Below are positions 7,499 to 17,132 of a stretch of DNA of 42,840 nt, one piece after another; position 1 is the first letter of the stretch; each line of letters begins with the position of its first letter. The translations under genes were made by a program, and so were the position numbers. Location of the stretch: the IMG/VR virus record IMGVR_UViG_3300045988_034730; one strand, 5' to 3'. The notes beneath the pieces were generated by a model that ran no database searches, was not told where the DNA came from, and was given only the letters and a program-made list of their open reading frames with translations. This DNA comes from a virus.

Positions 7499-8536
7499 AT
7501 GAGTAACATTAAATCCGATATTATCAATAATGTAACCGTTACAATGTCCGTATATATCCAGGACAGAGAAGCCCTTGATGTATTGGAGCTTGTGTTGGCT
7601 AATGAGCTTATGAAGGTGAATGTCGAGGAGATCACGACTCTTCCGGCAGAGGTTAAAAGTAGCGTGGATCAGCGGAATGCGTATCTGCTGCAGCTCTTTA
7701 TGATCCAGAAACGCCACCTAAAAAAGCGCACGATTGAGGCGTATATGGGATCTGTACGCCGCTTGGTGCTGGCTACAGGGAAACGTCTGGATCTTATCGA
7801 CACGCTGGATATTGATTGGTATCTGGCACAGTATGAGAAGCACAAAGGCGTGCGGACGGAGCAGATCACGAACCGCACCTACAACAACGAGCGCCGGAAC
7901 CTCTCGGCATTCTTTACGTGGATGCGGAAGTCAAAGATCATACAGGACAACCCCGTAGATAATGTGGACGCGAAAAAGGTTGTTATGGGGAAAATCGACT
8001 ACTATAGCCGGGAGGAGATCATTGAGCTGCGGGACGCGTGCAAAACGAAGCGGGATCGTGCCATTATCGAGGTATTCCGTTCCACGGGTGCGCGTGTAGG
8101 CGAGATCGCAGATATCCGCCTGGATCAAGTGGATATGCATACCGGGGACATCCCGATCATTGGGGAAAAGGGCGGGCGTGCCAGAACATTATATCTGGAT
8201 GCGGAGGCGAGATATTATCTTGCAGCGTATCTTGATGAGAGGAAGGATAACAGCCCGTACCTCTTTACCCAGACCGTAGGCGCAAAGCGAGGGAGGATGG
8301 GGACGGCAACGTACCGGACTATCATGAGAAAAATTGGCAAGCGTGCGAAGATCCAGTGCCGCGTGTATCCGCACAAGATGCGTAAGACACTGGGAATGGA
8401 TCTCAAGCAGCACGGCCTTGATATCGGAATTATCCAAGAGATCCTCGGACACGCGTCACCGGCAGTCACCAGTATGTATTACGCTCAGTCCACTACAGAA
8501 ACGCTGAGAAGCGTACGCCAGAGGTTGAGCGCATAA
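7499..8536 (+). CDS. Tyrosine recombinase (XerD/integrase family); the second recombinase of the element.
   Basis: The C-terminal catalytic region reads ...RSTGARVGE...HKMRKTLG...LGHASPAVTSMYY, matching the R..K..H-R-H..Y tyrosine recombinase signature. AAGGAGGT ribosome-binding site 7 nt before the ATG at 7499. Confidence 0.8.
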   Translation: MSNIKSDIINNVTVTMSVYIQDREALDVLELVLANELMKVNVEEITTLPAEVKSSVDQRNAYLLQLFMIQKRHLKKRTIEAYMGSVRRLVLATGKRLDLIDTLDIDWYLAQYEKHKGVRTEQITNRTYNNERRNLSAFFTWMRKSKIIQDNPVDNVDAKKVVMGKIDYYSREEIIELRDACKTKRDRAIIEVFRSTGARVGEIADIRLDQVDMHTGDIPIIGEKGGRARTLYLDAEARYYLAAYLDERKDNSPYLFTQTVGAKRGRMGTATYRTIMRKIGKRAKIQCRVYPHKMRKTLGMDLKQHGLDIGIIQEILGHASPAVTSMYYAQSTTETLRSVRQRLSA

Positions 8537-8547
8537 GGAGGTATAAG

Positions 8548-9222
8548 ATGGATAAAAAGAAAGTAATAGAACGATTTAAAAATCACAAAGCAACATTCAC
8601 AGATTATGGCAATATCAAAGTTCTGGATTTCGAGGAGCCGGGAAGAATAGAGTATCGCATTCGATTCCTTTTCGAAGAAGATCATTACATTCTCCACATC
8701 ACTGGAGACCTCGGGGAGTTGACTGCGAGCAACTATAGCAACATGACATATGAAGGATTTACTGAGTTTGTCAATAATACCGGGTATTTCAAGGAGAAAA
8801 TTGACTGCATGAACCGCCCACTGTACTTTTGGGATGAAAACGAGGCAAGGCAGGAACTTGAAAAGAAATTAGAAGAAGCAGGATATGACATAGAGGAAAT
8901 AAAATCTGATATTGATGAAATCATGAATGGATTTGATGATGGTCATGGAATTACTCCAGACGGGCAAGAAAAACTTGAGGATTTAATATCTGATAGTTGG
9001 GAGTTTGCCGGAGAACTGGGGAAAAGAGATACCGGCATAATAGATATATACATGATTGCGTTTAAACTCGCTAAGAAGCAACTTACTGATAAGGAGAATT
9101 TAAGATTGGAGGATGTTACGAGATGTCCATATTGTAACTACATCCCGAAATGCAACGAGCAGACCTGCAAGGATTGTAAGGTCTATGAGGATTTCTTAGA
9201 TGATGCAGATGACCTTTATTAA
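8548..9222 (+). CDS. Hypothetical protein with a C-terminal CxxC...CxxC zinc ribbon.
   Basis: TAAGGAGGT ribosome-binding site. The C-terminus reads ...RCPYCNYIPKCNEQTCKDCKVYE. Confidence 0.5.
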   Translation: MDKKKVIERFKNHKATFTDYGNIKVLDFEEPGRIEYRIRFLFEEDHYILHITGDLGELTASNYSNMTYEGFTEFVNNTGYFKEKIDCMNRPLYFWDENEARQELEKKLEEAGYDIEEIKSDIDEIMNGFDDGHGITPDGQEKLEDLISDSWEFAGELGKRDTGIIDIYMIAFKLAKKQLTDKENLRLEDVTRCPYCNYIPKCNEQTCKDCKVYEDFLDDADDLY

Positions 9223-9243
9223 GATTTAAGGAGGAGAATCTAT

Positions 9244-9630
9244 ATGAAAAAATTATTCGCAAGTGTACCGATGAGAGGAAGAACAGAGGAAGAGATCCGC
9301 GAGAGCTTCGCAAAAATGAAGAGAATTGCGGAAGCATATGAGGGTGAGAGTTTGGAACTGATTGATACATGGATTGCGGAGGAACCGCCGGAAGGAGCAA
9401 AGACCAGCGCTGTGTGGTATCTGGGAAAATCACTGGAGATGCTGAGCACGGCAGATGTATACATCGGTGTGAGTACATATGGATATTTCCCAGGATGCTG
9501 CGTCGAAGAGGAAGTTGCGCAGCTGTACAAAATCAAGCGATATCATGTTGACGCAACGGACATCATCCCGAACTGGAATGAGCTTATGCAGAGACTGAGT
9601 GCGCTTGAAAGACCTACATTAGGACTATAG
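9244..9630 (+). CDS. Hypothetical protein, possibly DUF4406-like with a nucleoside-deoxyribosyltransferase-like fold.
   Basis: AAGGAGGAG ribosome-binding site. The N-terminus, MKKLFASVPMRGRTEEE, weakly resembles that family. Confidence 0.4.
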   Translation: MKKLFASVPMRGRTEEEIRESFAKMKRIAEAYEGESLELIDTWIAEEPPEGAKTSAVWYLGKSLEMLSTADVYIGVSTYGYFPGCCVEEEVAQLYKIKRYHVDATDIIPNWNELMQRLSALERPTLGL

Positions 9631-9655
9631 GAGGAAAGTTGGTAGGTGATGGCAA

Positions 9656-9889
9656 ATGAAGGTAGATCATATAGAGACGTGCGTGTGCATAGACCATGAG
9701 CCGACAGCAGCAGATAGCGTATATTACGGGATGCCGCAGCTCAAAGTAACAAAGGGGCAAGAATGGAGCGCTTTCTGCCCTAATTGCGGACGAGGCGGAT
9801 GTCTCGATTTTAAATCGCAGTATCTTGCCCTGGAGCATTGGAATAAGATGCAGAAAATGCTAAAAAACCTTGATGATATATTAAATTAA
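9656..9889 (+). CDS. Hypothetical Cys-containing small protein.
   Basis: 77-aa ORF with CxC...CPNCGRGGC. Confidence 0.4.
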   Translation: MKVDHIETCVCIDHEPTAADSVYYGMPQLKVTKGQEWSAFCPNCGRGGCLDFKSQYLALEHWNKMQKMLKNLDDILN

Positions 9890-9906
9890 GATTGGAGTGA
9901 CAGAGA

Positions 9907-10239
9907 ATGGGAAAAGCAATCCTCAGAACAAAAGAAATGCTCGACAGATGTGCTATCCAAGGAAAGGACCACGAACTTTGGAAAAACATTTATGAGCTTA
10001 TGGACGGTGAAATCGCTTACGTGTACAAGAGTAAGGCAGAGGAAGGAAAGTATGTCTTTTGTGGGCTGTCTGATCCAGAAAAGAATAAGGATCTGTTTTT
10101 CTTGATCGAACAGGATAGTGTAATCGGCAGATATATTGATGATTGGGAAGAGTTTACGGTAGATTGGGAAGCCGGACGCTACGAAATGGATGGGTGCATT
10201 TATTTAGATGCAGGAAATATTACCCAAACTGAAATTTGA
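9907..10239 (+). CDS. hypothetical protein
   Basis: 110-aa ORF preceded by GGAGTGACAGAGA. Confidence 0.45.
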   Translation: MGKAILRTKEMLDRCAIQGKDHELWKNIYELMDGEIAYVYKSKAEEGKYVFCGLSDPEKNKDLFFLIEQDSVIGRYIDDWEEFTVDWEAGRYEMDGCIYLDAGNITQTEI

Positions 10240-10253
10240 GAAAGGAGAAAGAA

Positions 10254-10520
10254 ATGTTACAGATTAGAGCAAAAAAACTGACAGAAGGGTATGCAGTCAA
10301 CGTGGACTACATCGACATCGACACATACACCGATGTACTTAATATGCTGTGCGCGATCAACGAGGAGATCGTCACGACATTACATGCTAAGCAGCCAGAG
10401 AGCATGACTCTCCACAAGTCTGATTACTATGGTGGAGTCATCGCAATCCTAAACAAGCTCAGACAGCAGGACGAGGAGGCGAGAGCCGATGGGGTACAAG
10501 TACAACAGCAGCCGGATTAA
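10254..10520 (+). CDS. hypothetical protein
   Basis: ATG at 10254 sits after AAAGGAGAAAGAA. The ORF track's upstream start at 10236 lacks a ribosome-binding site. Confidence 0.4.
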   Translation: MLQIRAKKLTEGYAVNVDYIDIDTYTDVLNMLCAINEEIVTTLHAKQPESMTLHKSDYYGGVIAILNKLRQQDEEARADGVQVQQQPD

Positions 10521-10728
10521 GTGCCCATACTTCAGACGGGTGATCCGGACGCGCAAGGGGCAGTTTATCGGAATCGAGTGCGATCCGATGCAGGACGATA
10601 TCGGTTTTGACGTGGGGCAGGTGGTGCGGGTGCGGACATCGGGAGATCTCAAGGACTACACGGAGCTGTTTTGCAAGGACTGTTTCGAGAGCTGCCCGTA
10701 TTATAAGATTCATGGCAACGGTACATAG
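10489..10728 (+). CDS. Hypothetical Cys-rich small protein.
   Basis: 79-aa ORF with CPYF...C...CKDCFESCPYY. It overlaps the upstream gene. Confidence 0.35.
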   Translation: MGYKYNSSRIKCPYFRRVIRTRKGQFIGIECDPMQDDIGFDVGQVVRVRTSGDLKDYTELFCKDCFESCPYYKIHGNGT

Positions 10729-10759
10729 GGATCAGGAGTTTATCTTCTGGTCCTTTTTT
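10729..10759 (+). terminator. Candidate intrinsic terminator at the early/late boundary.
   Basis: Stem ggatcag / ctggtcc (6 of 7 positions pair) with an 11-nt loop, followed by tttttt immediately after the TAG stop. Confidence 0.5.
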
Positions 10760-10825
10760 CTGCAAATAGGGCGGTTTCTCTGCGATGTATATATCAACTA
10801 TACTTTCACGCAGGAGGGATGCACT

Positions 10826-11248
10826 ATGGAGACTGTAAGTAAATCGCCAGAGCTGCGGAAGCTGGGCGATAAGATTATAAAAGAGCACGCAGACCTACAC
10901 TGGATCAAGGACAGCCGGATCCGCATTGGATACTGCGAGAGCGATCTTGATAAGCGCAAGGGTGGTGGACTCGTCTATGCAGAGTGCCACAAGGTACGCC
11001 CACTCTATCAGGCATATGTACCGTATGACTTTATCATCGTTTTCTATACGCCAAACGCCGATCTTATGACAGATGCACAGCGCGATATCCTTATGTATCA
11101 TGAGCTACTCCACGTAGGCATGGACCCCACTGGCTCCCTACGCCTTGTCCCGCATGATATCGAGGATTTCAAAGCGATCCTGGATCAGTACGGTATGCTG
11201 TGGGATATGCCGGAGGAGCTGAGAGGAGCTGATCTGGATGGCACGTAA
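10826..11248 (+). CDS. Putative HExxH zinc metallopeptidase-like protein.
   Basis: ATG at 10826 sits after CAGGAGGG. HELLH motif in ...ILMYHELLHVGMD... The long upstream extension in the ORF track has no ribosome-binding site. Confidence 0.5.
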   Translation: METVSKSPELRKLGDKIIKEHADLHWIKDSRIRIGYCESDLDKRKGGGLVYAECHKVRPLYQAYVPYDFIIVFYTPNADLMTDAQRDILMYHELLHVGMDPTGSLRLVPHDIEDFKAILDQYGMLWDMPEELRGADLDGT

Positions 11249-11558
11249 CCCAAAGCAGGACGCAAACCTCAAAAAAATTGACAGCACGAGCCGAGCGAGA
11301 GAGCTGGGGAGCAAGGGCGGCAAGGCAACGGCGGCTAATAAGCGGGCGATTAAGAGCTTTAAGCAGGCACTGGTGGACGGACTGACTGAGCAGGAGCAGG
11401 AGATCATGCTAAAAGCCCTCAAGCGCAATGCCATGCGCGGCAATCTGGCGGCGTTGGAGTTTTTGCTCAAAGTAGAGGGACAGCATCCAGATCAGGAGCA
11501 GACTGCCGACAACTCCATCAACATCACGATCAGCGGAGGTGACGAGTATGCAGATTGA
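11238..11558 (+). CDS. Putative terminase small subunit.
   Basis: 106-aa basic N-terminus. The gene lies immediately upstream of the terminase large subunit and overlaps it. Confidence 0.45.
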   Translation: MARNPKQDANLKKIDSTSRARELGSKGGKATAANKRAIKSFKQALVDGLTEQEQEIMLKALKRNAMRGNLAALEFLLKVEGQHPDQEQTADNSINITISGGDEYAD

Positions 11559-12939
11559 TCTCGGCACACCAAACGTCAAGCAGCAGGCATTTTTGAGAGA
11601 TACACACAAGCATGTGGGTTTTGGCGGCGCACGAGGCGGCGGTAAGTCCTGGGCGATCCGGGCAAAAGCCACGATCCTCTGCACTAAGCACCCTGGCATC
11701 AGCGTGCTCATCATCCGTAAGACATATCCAGAGCTACTCGCCAATCATATCAAGCCGTTTAAGCAGCTACTCCATATCGGTTTACAGGGCAATCCAATCC
11801 GATTTAACGAGAGTAAAAAGGAGATCAGCTTCCCCAACGGCAGCACAATCCGCTTTGGATACTGCAATCACGAGGCAGATGTAGACAGATATCAGGGTAC
11901 AGAGTGCGATATCCTCTTTTTAGATGAGGCCACACAGCTCTCAGAGGATCAGATCAAGGCACTGGTGGCATGTGTGCGTGGTGCCAACGCCTTCCCAAAG
12001 CGGATCTACTACACCTGCAACCCCGGCGGCAAGGGGCACGGCTACATCAAGCGCCTTTTTATCGACAAGGAGTATCTGGATGGCGAGTATGCAGAGGAGT
12101 ACAGCTTTATCCAGAGCCTTGTATACGACAACGCCGCGCTGATGGAGAGCAACCCGGACTATGTAAGACAGCTTGAGGCACTGCCAGAAGCTAAGCGTAA
12201 GGCGTGGCTTGAGGGTGACTGGGACAGCTTCGTCGGTCAGGTATTCACGGAGTGGCGCAACGATCCGGCGCACTATCAGGATAGATTATGGACGCACGTC
12301 ATTGATGACTTCGAGATCCCGCGCGACTGGAAGATCTACCGCGGCTTTGACTGGGGATACAGCAAGCCGTTCTCTGTCGGTTGGTTTGCGGTCGATCACA
12401 GCGGCAGGATTTATCGCTTTAAGGAGTGGTATGGCTGCACAAGGCAGGCAAACACCGGTTTACAGCTCACTGTGCAGGAGGTAGCGGCTAAGATTGCGGA
12501 GATGGAGCGCACTGATCCAGCATTAAAAGGCCGCAAGATCATCGGCATCGCTGATCCGGCTATCTGGGGCAGTACCACAGGAGAGAGTATCGAGGATATG
12601 ATGGAGCGGTGCGGCGTGTTTTTTAACAAGGGCGATCACACAAGGCTTGCCGGGCTGATGCAGTTCCACTATCGGCTGGCTTTTGATGCTTACGGCTTGC
12701 CGATGTTTTACTGTTTCCGCACATGTAAGCAGTTCATTCGTACGATCCCGCTGCTGATCTACGACGAGAAGCATGTGGAGGATATTGACACGGAGCTTGA
12801 GGATCACATCTATGATGAGACACGGTATGTTTTCATGGATCATCCGCTCAATCCACGCAAAAACGTCAAGCGGTATACGGCAAGTGATCCACTTCCGCCG
12901 GACGATCCGCTTAACATCATAAGGCCAGTAGGCAGATAA
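11548..12939 (+). CDS. terL: Terminase large subunit.
   Basis: Walker A motif GFGGARGGGKS and an ATPase-plus-nuclease architecture of about 463 aa. ATG at 11548 sits after GGAGGTGA. Confidence 0.85.
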   Translation: MQIDLGTPNVKQQAFLRDTHKHVGFGGARGGGKSWAIRAKATILCTKHPGISVLIIRKTYPELLANHIKPFKQLLHIGLQGNPIRFNESKKEISFPNGSTIRFGYCNHEADVDRYQGTECDILFLDEATQLSEDQIKALVACVRGANAFPKRIYYTCNPGGKGHGYIKRLFIDKEYLDGEYAEEYSFIQSLVYDNAALMESNPDYVRQLEALPEAKRKAWLEGDWDSFVGQVFTEWRNDPAHYQDRLWTHVIDDFEIPRDWKIYRGFDWGYSKPFSVGWFAVDHSGRIYRFKEWYGCTRQANTGLQLTVQEVAAKIAEMERTDPALKGRKIIGIADPAIWGSTTGESIEDMMERCGVFFNKGDHTRLAGLMQFHYRLAFDAYGLPMFYCFRTCKQFIRTIPLLIYDEKHVEDIDTELEDHIYDETRYVFMDHPLNPRKNVKRYTASDPLPPDDPLNIIRPVGR

Positions 12940-12949
12940 GGAGGATATT

Positions 12950-14803
12950 ATGGTAAAAATGGACGGGCAGACGATCCCAGACGGCACAGGAGAGGCACAG
13001 GGATCCACGGAGAGCATTGGCAAGCGTGTGATTGACGCTACGGCGATCCGCACAGCGCACGAGACACTGCAAAAGTACATGGCAGGCAAGCAGGAGCTGG
13101 ATAAGAGGATCATCGACAACGAGGACTGGTGGAAGCTTCAGCACTGGCGCAATTTCCATCAGAACGAACTGGATCGGAAGGAGCAGAGCACATCAGCGTG
13201 GCTGTTTAACTCCATCGCCAACAAGCACGCTGATGCGATGGACAGCTATCCGGTTCCGGCAGTGCTGCCGAGGTCACTGGATGATGAGGGCACGGCTAAG
13301 ACACTGTCCTCTATTCTCCCGGCAATCTTTGATAACTGCGATTTTGAGCAGATCTACTCTGATAACTGGTGGGATAAGCTCAAAAACGGCTGTGCGATCT
13401 ACGCAGTCATGTGGGATCAGAGCAAAAATCACGGGCAGGGAGACATCTCCATCAGAGGCGTGGACATGCTGTCCTTTTACTGGGAGCCGGGCATACAGGA
13501 TATACAGGATTCCAAAAACATCTTTGTCCTTGCGCTAGCAGACAATGACGCGCTTGAGGCGCAGTATCCGCAGTTACAGGGCAAGTTATCGGGCAATTCT
13601 ATCGACAAAAAGCAGTATCACTACGACGATGCCGTGGACACGACTGGCAAATCTATCGTGGTGGACTGGTATTACAAGGTACAGACGGAGACCGGCCCGC
13701 TTGTCCATTATGTCAAGTATGTAGACGAGACAGTTCTCTTTGCCAGTGAGGACACGCCGGGGTATGAGGACGGCATATACGATCACGGCAAATATCCTTT
13801 TGTTCTTGATGTTTTGTACGCCGAGAAAGGCACCCCAGCAGGTTTTGGCTATGTGGATATCTGCAAATCCCCGCAGGAGTACATTGATCGCCTTGGTATG
13901 GCACTTCTGCTTAATGCGGAGGAGGCAGCACAGCGCAGATACTTTGTTAAGGACGGCTGTCAGGTCAACGAGGAGGAGCTTTTAGATATCCATAAGCGCG
14001 TGATCCATGTGGCAGGATCGCCCAACGATGACAATATCCGCTCATTCGATACACCGGAGCTGTCTTCCGTATATCTGTCCGTCCTTCAGGATAAGGTCAA
14101 TGAGCTTAAGGAAACGAGTGCCAACCGCGACTTTAACCAGGGCGGCACAGCGAGCGGTGTCACGGCGGCAAGTGCAATCACAGCCTTGCAGGAGGCGGGC
14201 AACAAGACGAGTAGGGACCTTATCAAGAGTTCTTACCGCTGTTACACGCAGATCTGCATCATGGTGATTGATCTCATGCGGCAGTTTTACGATATCAGCC
14301 GCACATTCCGTATCACAGGCGAACAGGGCACCCCGAAGTATGTGCAGTTTAACAACGGCGGCTTAAAGGGCGGAGAAAAGAGCGTGGCCGGACAGGACTT
14401 CAGGACAAAAGAGCCAATCTTTGACGTGATCCCGTCCGCGCAGAAGCAGAATCCGTACAGCAAGCTCAGTCAGAACGAGATGGCGCTTCAGTTTTATAAT
14501 GCCGGATTCTTTAATCCTCAGCTTGCCGATCAGGTACTCCAGTGTATCGACATGATGGATTTTGATGGCAAGGAGAAGGTACGGCAGGGAATCCAGCAGA
14601 ACAGCACGATGTATCAGCAGATGCAGCAGCTTACCCAGATCGCTACAATGGCGGCGCAGGCACTCGCCCAGAAGGGTGACTCCCGTGTATTGATGGCAAT
14701 GCAGCAGATGGGGCTTGGAGCGGATCAGACACAGCAGATGGCACAGGGACAGCAGACACAGGCGGAGGTGGATATCAATGACAACAGTCAGAATCAAAAT
14801 TAA
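12950..14803 (+). CDS. Portal protein.
   Basis: 617-aa protein directly after the large terminase. TAAGGAGGA ribosome-binding site. Gln-rich C-terminus. Confidence 0.65.
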   Translation: MVKMDGQTIPDGTGEAQGSTESIGKRVIDATAIRTAHETLQKYMAGKQELDKRIIDNEDWWKLQHWRNFHQNELDRKEQSTSAWLFNSIANKHADAMDSYPVPAVLPRSLDDEGTAKTLSSILPAIFDNCDFEQIYSDNWWDKLKNGCAIYAVMWDQSKNHGQGDISIRGVDMLSFYWEPGIQDIQDSKNIFVLALADNDALEAQYPQLQGKLSGNSIDKKQYHYDDAVDTTGKSIVVDWYYKVQTETGPLVHYVKYVDETVLFASEDTPGYEDGIYDHGKYPFVLDVLYAEKGTPAGFGYVDICKSPQEYIDRLGMALLLNAEEAAQRRYFVKDGCQVNEEELLDIHKRVIHVAGSPNDDNIRSFDTPELSSVYLSVLQDKVNELKETSANRDFNQGGTASGVTAASAITALQEAGNKTSRDLIKSSYRCYTQICIMVIDLMRQFYDISRTFRITGEQGTPKYVQFNNGGLKGGEKSVAGQDFRTKEPIFDVIPSAQKQNPYSKLSQNEMALQFYNAGFFNPQLADQVLQCIDMMDFDGKEKVRQGIQQNSTMYQQMQQLTQIATMAAQALAQKGDSRVLMAMQQMGLGADQTQQMAQGQQTQAEVDINDNSQNQN

Positions 14804-15107
14804 GAGCAAATTGACCGTAGAGGTCTCAGTCAAAGGACACGCAGACTACAATCCGGGCAACGATATTGTGTGCGCCGGAATCTCCACATTATCGTACACG
14901 CTGCTCAATTATCTCCGGCAGGCAGAAAAAGAGCACTTGGTCAGTGACTACTCGTACACAGAGGAGCCGGGAGATATCCACATGGAGTTTAAGGTGCACT
15001 GGATGTTTGACAGAGAGATCGGCACAGCGATTGATGTATTCCGTACAGGCATGGAGATGCTGGAGTCGCAGTACCCGGACAATATCAGAGTGGAGGTGGA
15101 GCCATGA
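14778..15107 (+). CDS. Prp-like (ribosomal-processing cysteine protease family) prohead protease.
   Basis: Motif KGHADYNPGNDIVCAGISTL matches the Prp/YsxB catalytic H...C signature. ATG at 14778 sits after GGAGGTGG and overlaps the end of the portal gene. Confidence 0.7.
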   Translation: MTTVRIKIKSKLTVEVSVKGHADYNPGNDIVCAGISTLSYTLLNYLRQAEKEHLVSDYSYTEEPGDIHMEFKVHWMFDREIGTAIDVFRTGMEMLESQYPDNIRVEVEP

Positions 15108-15592
15108 CGTTAGGCACATTGATTAGTAAGGTCACGCTTCTGCGTCCGAGCGAGTACGACAAGGACGAGCTGACACAGTGGGTCAACGAGGTGGAGTTTA
15201 TGGCATACGATCAGGTGATCGGCATGGCAGAACCGCTGTTCCCGCCGGGAATGATAGCGGCAAAGGACCCGGTTACCGTATATCCGGTTAAGCCAGGGGA
15301 CGAAACATCCCCTACGCCGCCGCCGGAACCGCCTAAACCGCAGGAGTATGAGCCGTATGAGTACAGCAGAGACGTGGATAAGACTCTTATGATCCCGGAT
15401 CAGTTCAATGGCGTGTATACGTCCTATCTATTCTCTAAGATCGACTTCAACAACGCAGAGATTGACCGGTACAATCTGGACGCGACAATGTTTTCCAGTG
15501 AGTGGGCGGCTTATGCCGGGTGGTATCGCCGCACACACAGACCGAAGGAGGTGCGACATGAAGCTCCCTATCATCAGTTCCAGCCTTTCTAA
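15104..15592 (+). CDS. Hypothetical virion protein with a Pro-rich linker.
   Basis: GGAGGTGGAG ribosome-binding site; start overlaps the upstream stop (ATGA). Linker TSPTPPPEPPKPQEYEPYEY. Confidence 0.45.
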   Translation: MTLGTLISKVTLLRPSEYDKDELTQWVNEVEFMAYDQVIGMAEPLFPPGMIAAKDPVTVYPVKPGDETSPTPPPEPPKPQEYEPYEYSRDVDKTLMIPDQFNGVYTSYLFSKIDFNNAEIDRYNLDATMFSSEWAAYAGWYRRTHRPKEVRHEAPYHQFQPF

Positions 15593-17132
15593 ACGCACTT
15601 CCATCATCAGTACGTTTAAAGGGCTCAACCAGAACCTCATCACATCGGACGGCGAGTGGGCGGACATGAAGAATATCTCTGATCGCTTCTATCCAGCCGC
15701 CGCCACACGCCCTTCGAGAGGTACGGCAGAACGCGCATTCGCCAATCCAAAGGGCATTCTCTATAAAAACGGGCTGTTTTACATTGACGGTACAAAAGCC
15801 TGCTACAAGGGCACTGAGGTGTTCACGGTGACAGATTCCGACAAGCTTATTGCGGGAATGGGCGCGTATATCTGTGTATTCCCGGACGGAATCATTTACA
15901 ACACCCATACTGGAGAGCGCACCAACATGGTATCCACCTTTACTCCGTCCGGCACAGTGACGTTCGCCCCGTTATCTGACAAATCCGTGTTCACGAAGAT
16001 CACGGCAACCGGTATCCACAACTATTTCTCAAAAAACGATAACGTCACGATCTCTGGCTGCACCAACTCCGCATACAATGCCACAAAGGTTATCACGGAG
16101 TCCGGCACAGACTACATCGTGGTCACTGGATCACTGGATAAGTCCTTCACACAGTCCTCCGGGCTGACATTCACACGCAAGATACCGGAGCTTGATTATG
16201 TGTCAGAGCGTGATAACCGCTTGTGGGGGTGCAGTAGCAAAAATCATGAGGTGTACTGCTGTAAGGTTGGCGATCCGAAGAACTGGTACAACTACGAGAG
16301 CGGCGCAGATAATGCATGGGCGGCAACGGTCGGATCAGACGGGGATTTCACGGCCTGCACAAAGTTCTCCACCTATATGCTGTTCTTCAAAGAAAATGCA
16401 ATCCACATCCTTCGAGGCGATAAGCCGTCCAATTTCTCTCTCACGGAGAAAGAGCTTCCCGGTGTACGTTCTGGATGCAGTAGGTCGGTTCAGATTATTG
16501 ACGAAACACTGTATTATGTTGGCAGGAACGGCGTGTATGCGTTCGATGGATCAATTCCGCAGAAGATCAGCAACAACATTACGGAGGATATCTCCGCTGC
16601 CGTGAGCGGCACATACCAGTCAAAGCTTTATATCTCCTGTCTGTTAGGAGGCAAGCGGACTCTGCTTGTGTATGATCCGCGCACTGGTATCTGGAACAAA
16701 GAGGATGATGCCACATTTCTGTATGCGGCGTACTCTGATGGGAAGTTACATTTTGTTGACGCCAACAAGACGTTACGGACCATCTCCGGCAGTGAGACAG
16801 AGACCATTGATTGGTATCTGGAGTCAGGAGACATCGAGGAAGGGTCCTTAGATCAAAAATATATCTCAAAACTCAAATTAAATTTGTGGTTGGAGATCAA
16901 TTCCGAAGTAACGGTGAAGCTGAAGTTTGACGATGAACCGTTATGGCAGAAGAAAGGCTACATCCGCAGCACACGCAACAAGACATACACCATCCCGATC
17001 ATGCCGCGGAGAACAGGGAAGTACCGCATCCGCCTGGAAGGGCGAGGACAGTTCAAGCTACTTGGCATGTCGAAGGAAGTAGAGCAGGGAAGTGAAGTAA
17101 ATGGCAGTATTCACGTCGGATTCCGTCGATAG
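15558..17132 (+). CDS. Hypothetical beta-rich structural protein, possibly a tail or nozzle component.
   Basis: ATG at 15558 sits after GAAGGAGGTG. 524 aa. It lies between the head-processing genes and the fibre gene. Confidence 0.45.
   Translation: MKLPIISSSLSKRTSIISTFKGLNQNLITSDGEWADMKNISDRFYPAAATRPSRGTAERAFANPKGILYKNGLFYIDGTKACYKGTEVFTVTDSDKLIAGMGAYICVFPDGIIYNTHTGERTNMVSTFTPSGTVTFAPLSDKSVFTKITATGIHNYFSKNDNVTISGCTNSAYNATKVITESGTDYIVVTGSLDKSFTQSSGLTFTRKIPELDYVSERDNRLWGCSSKNHEVYCCKVGDPKNWYNYESGADNAWAATVGSDGDFTACTKFSTYMLFFKENAIHILRGDKPSNFSLTEKELPGVRSGCSRSVQIIDETLYYVGRNGVYAFDGSIPQKISNNITEDISAAVSGTYQSKLYISCLLGGKRTLLVYDPRTGIWNKEDDATFLYAAYSDGKLHFVDANKTLRTISGSETETIDWYLESGDIEEGSLDQKYISKLKLNLWLEINSEVTVKLKFDDEPLWQKKGYIRSTRNKTYTIPIMPRRTGKYRIRLEGRGQFKLLGMSKEVEQGSEVNGSIHVGFRR

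Noticed and set aside
11612-12273. Alternative-frame ORFs within the large terminase gene.
   Set aside because: They are embedded in a gene with a clear Walker A motif and a ribosome-binding site, and are frame artefacts of moderately GC-rich coding sequence.
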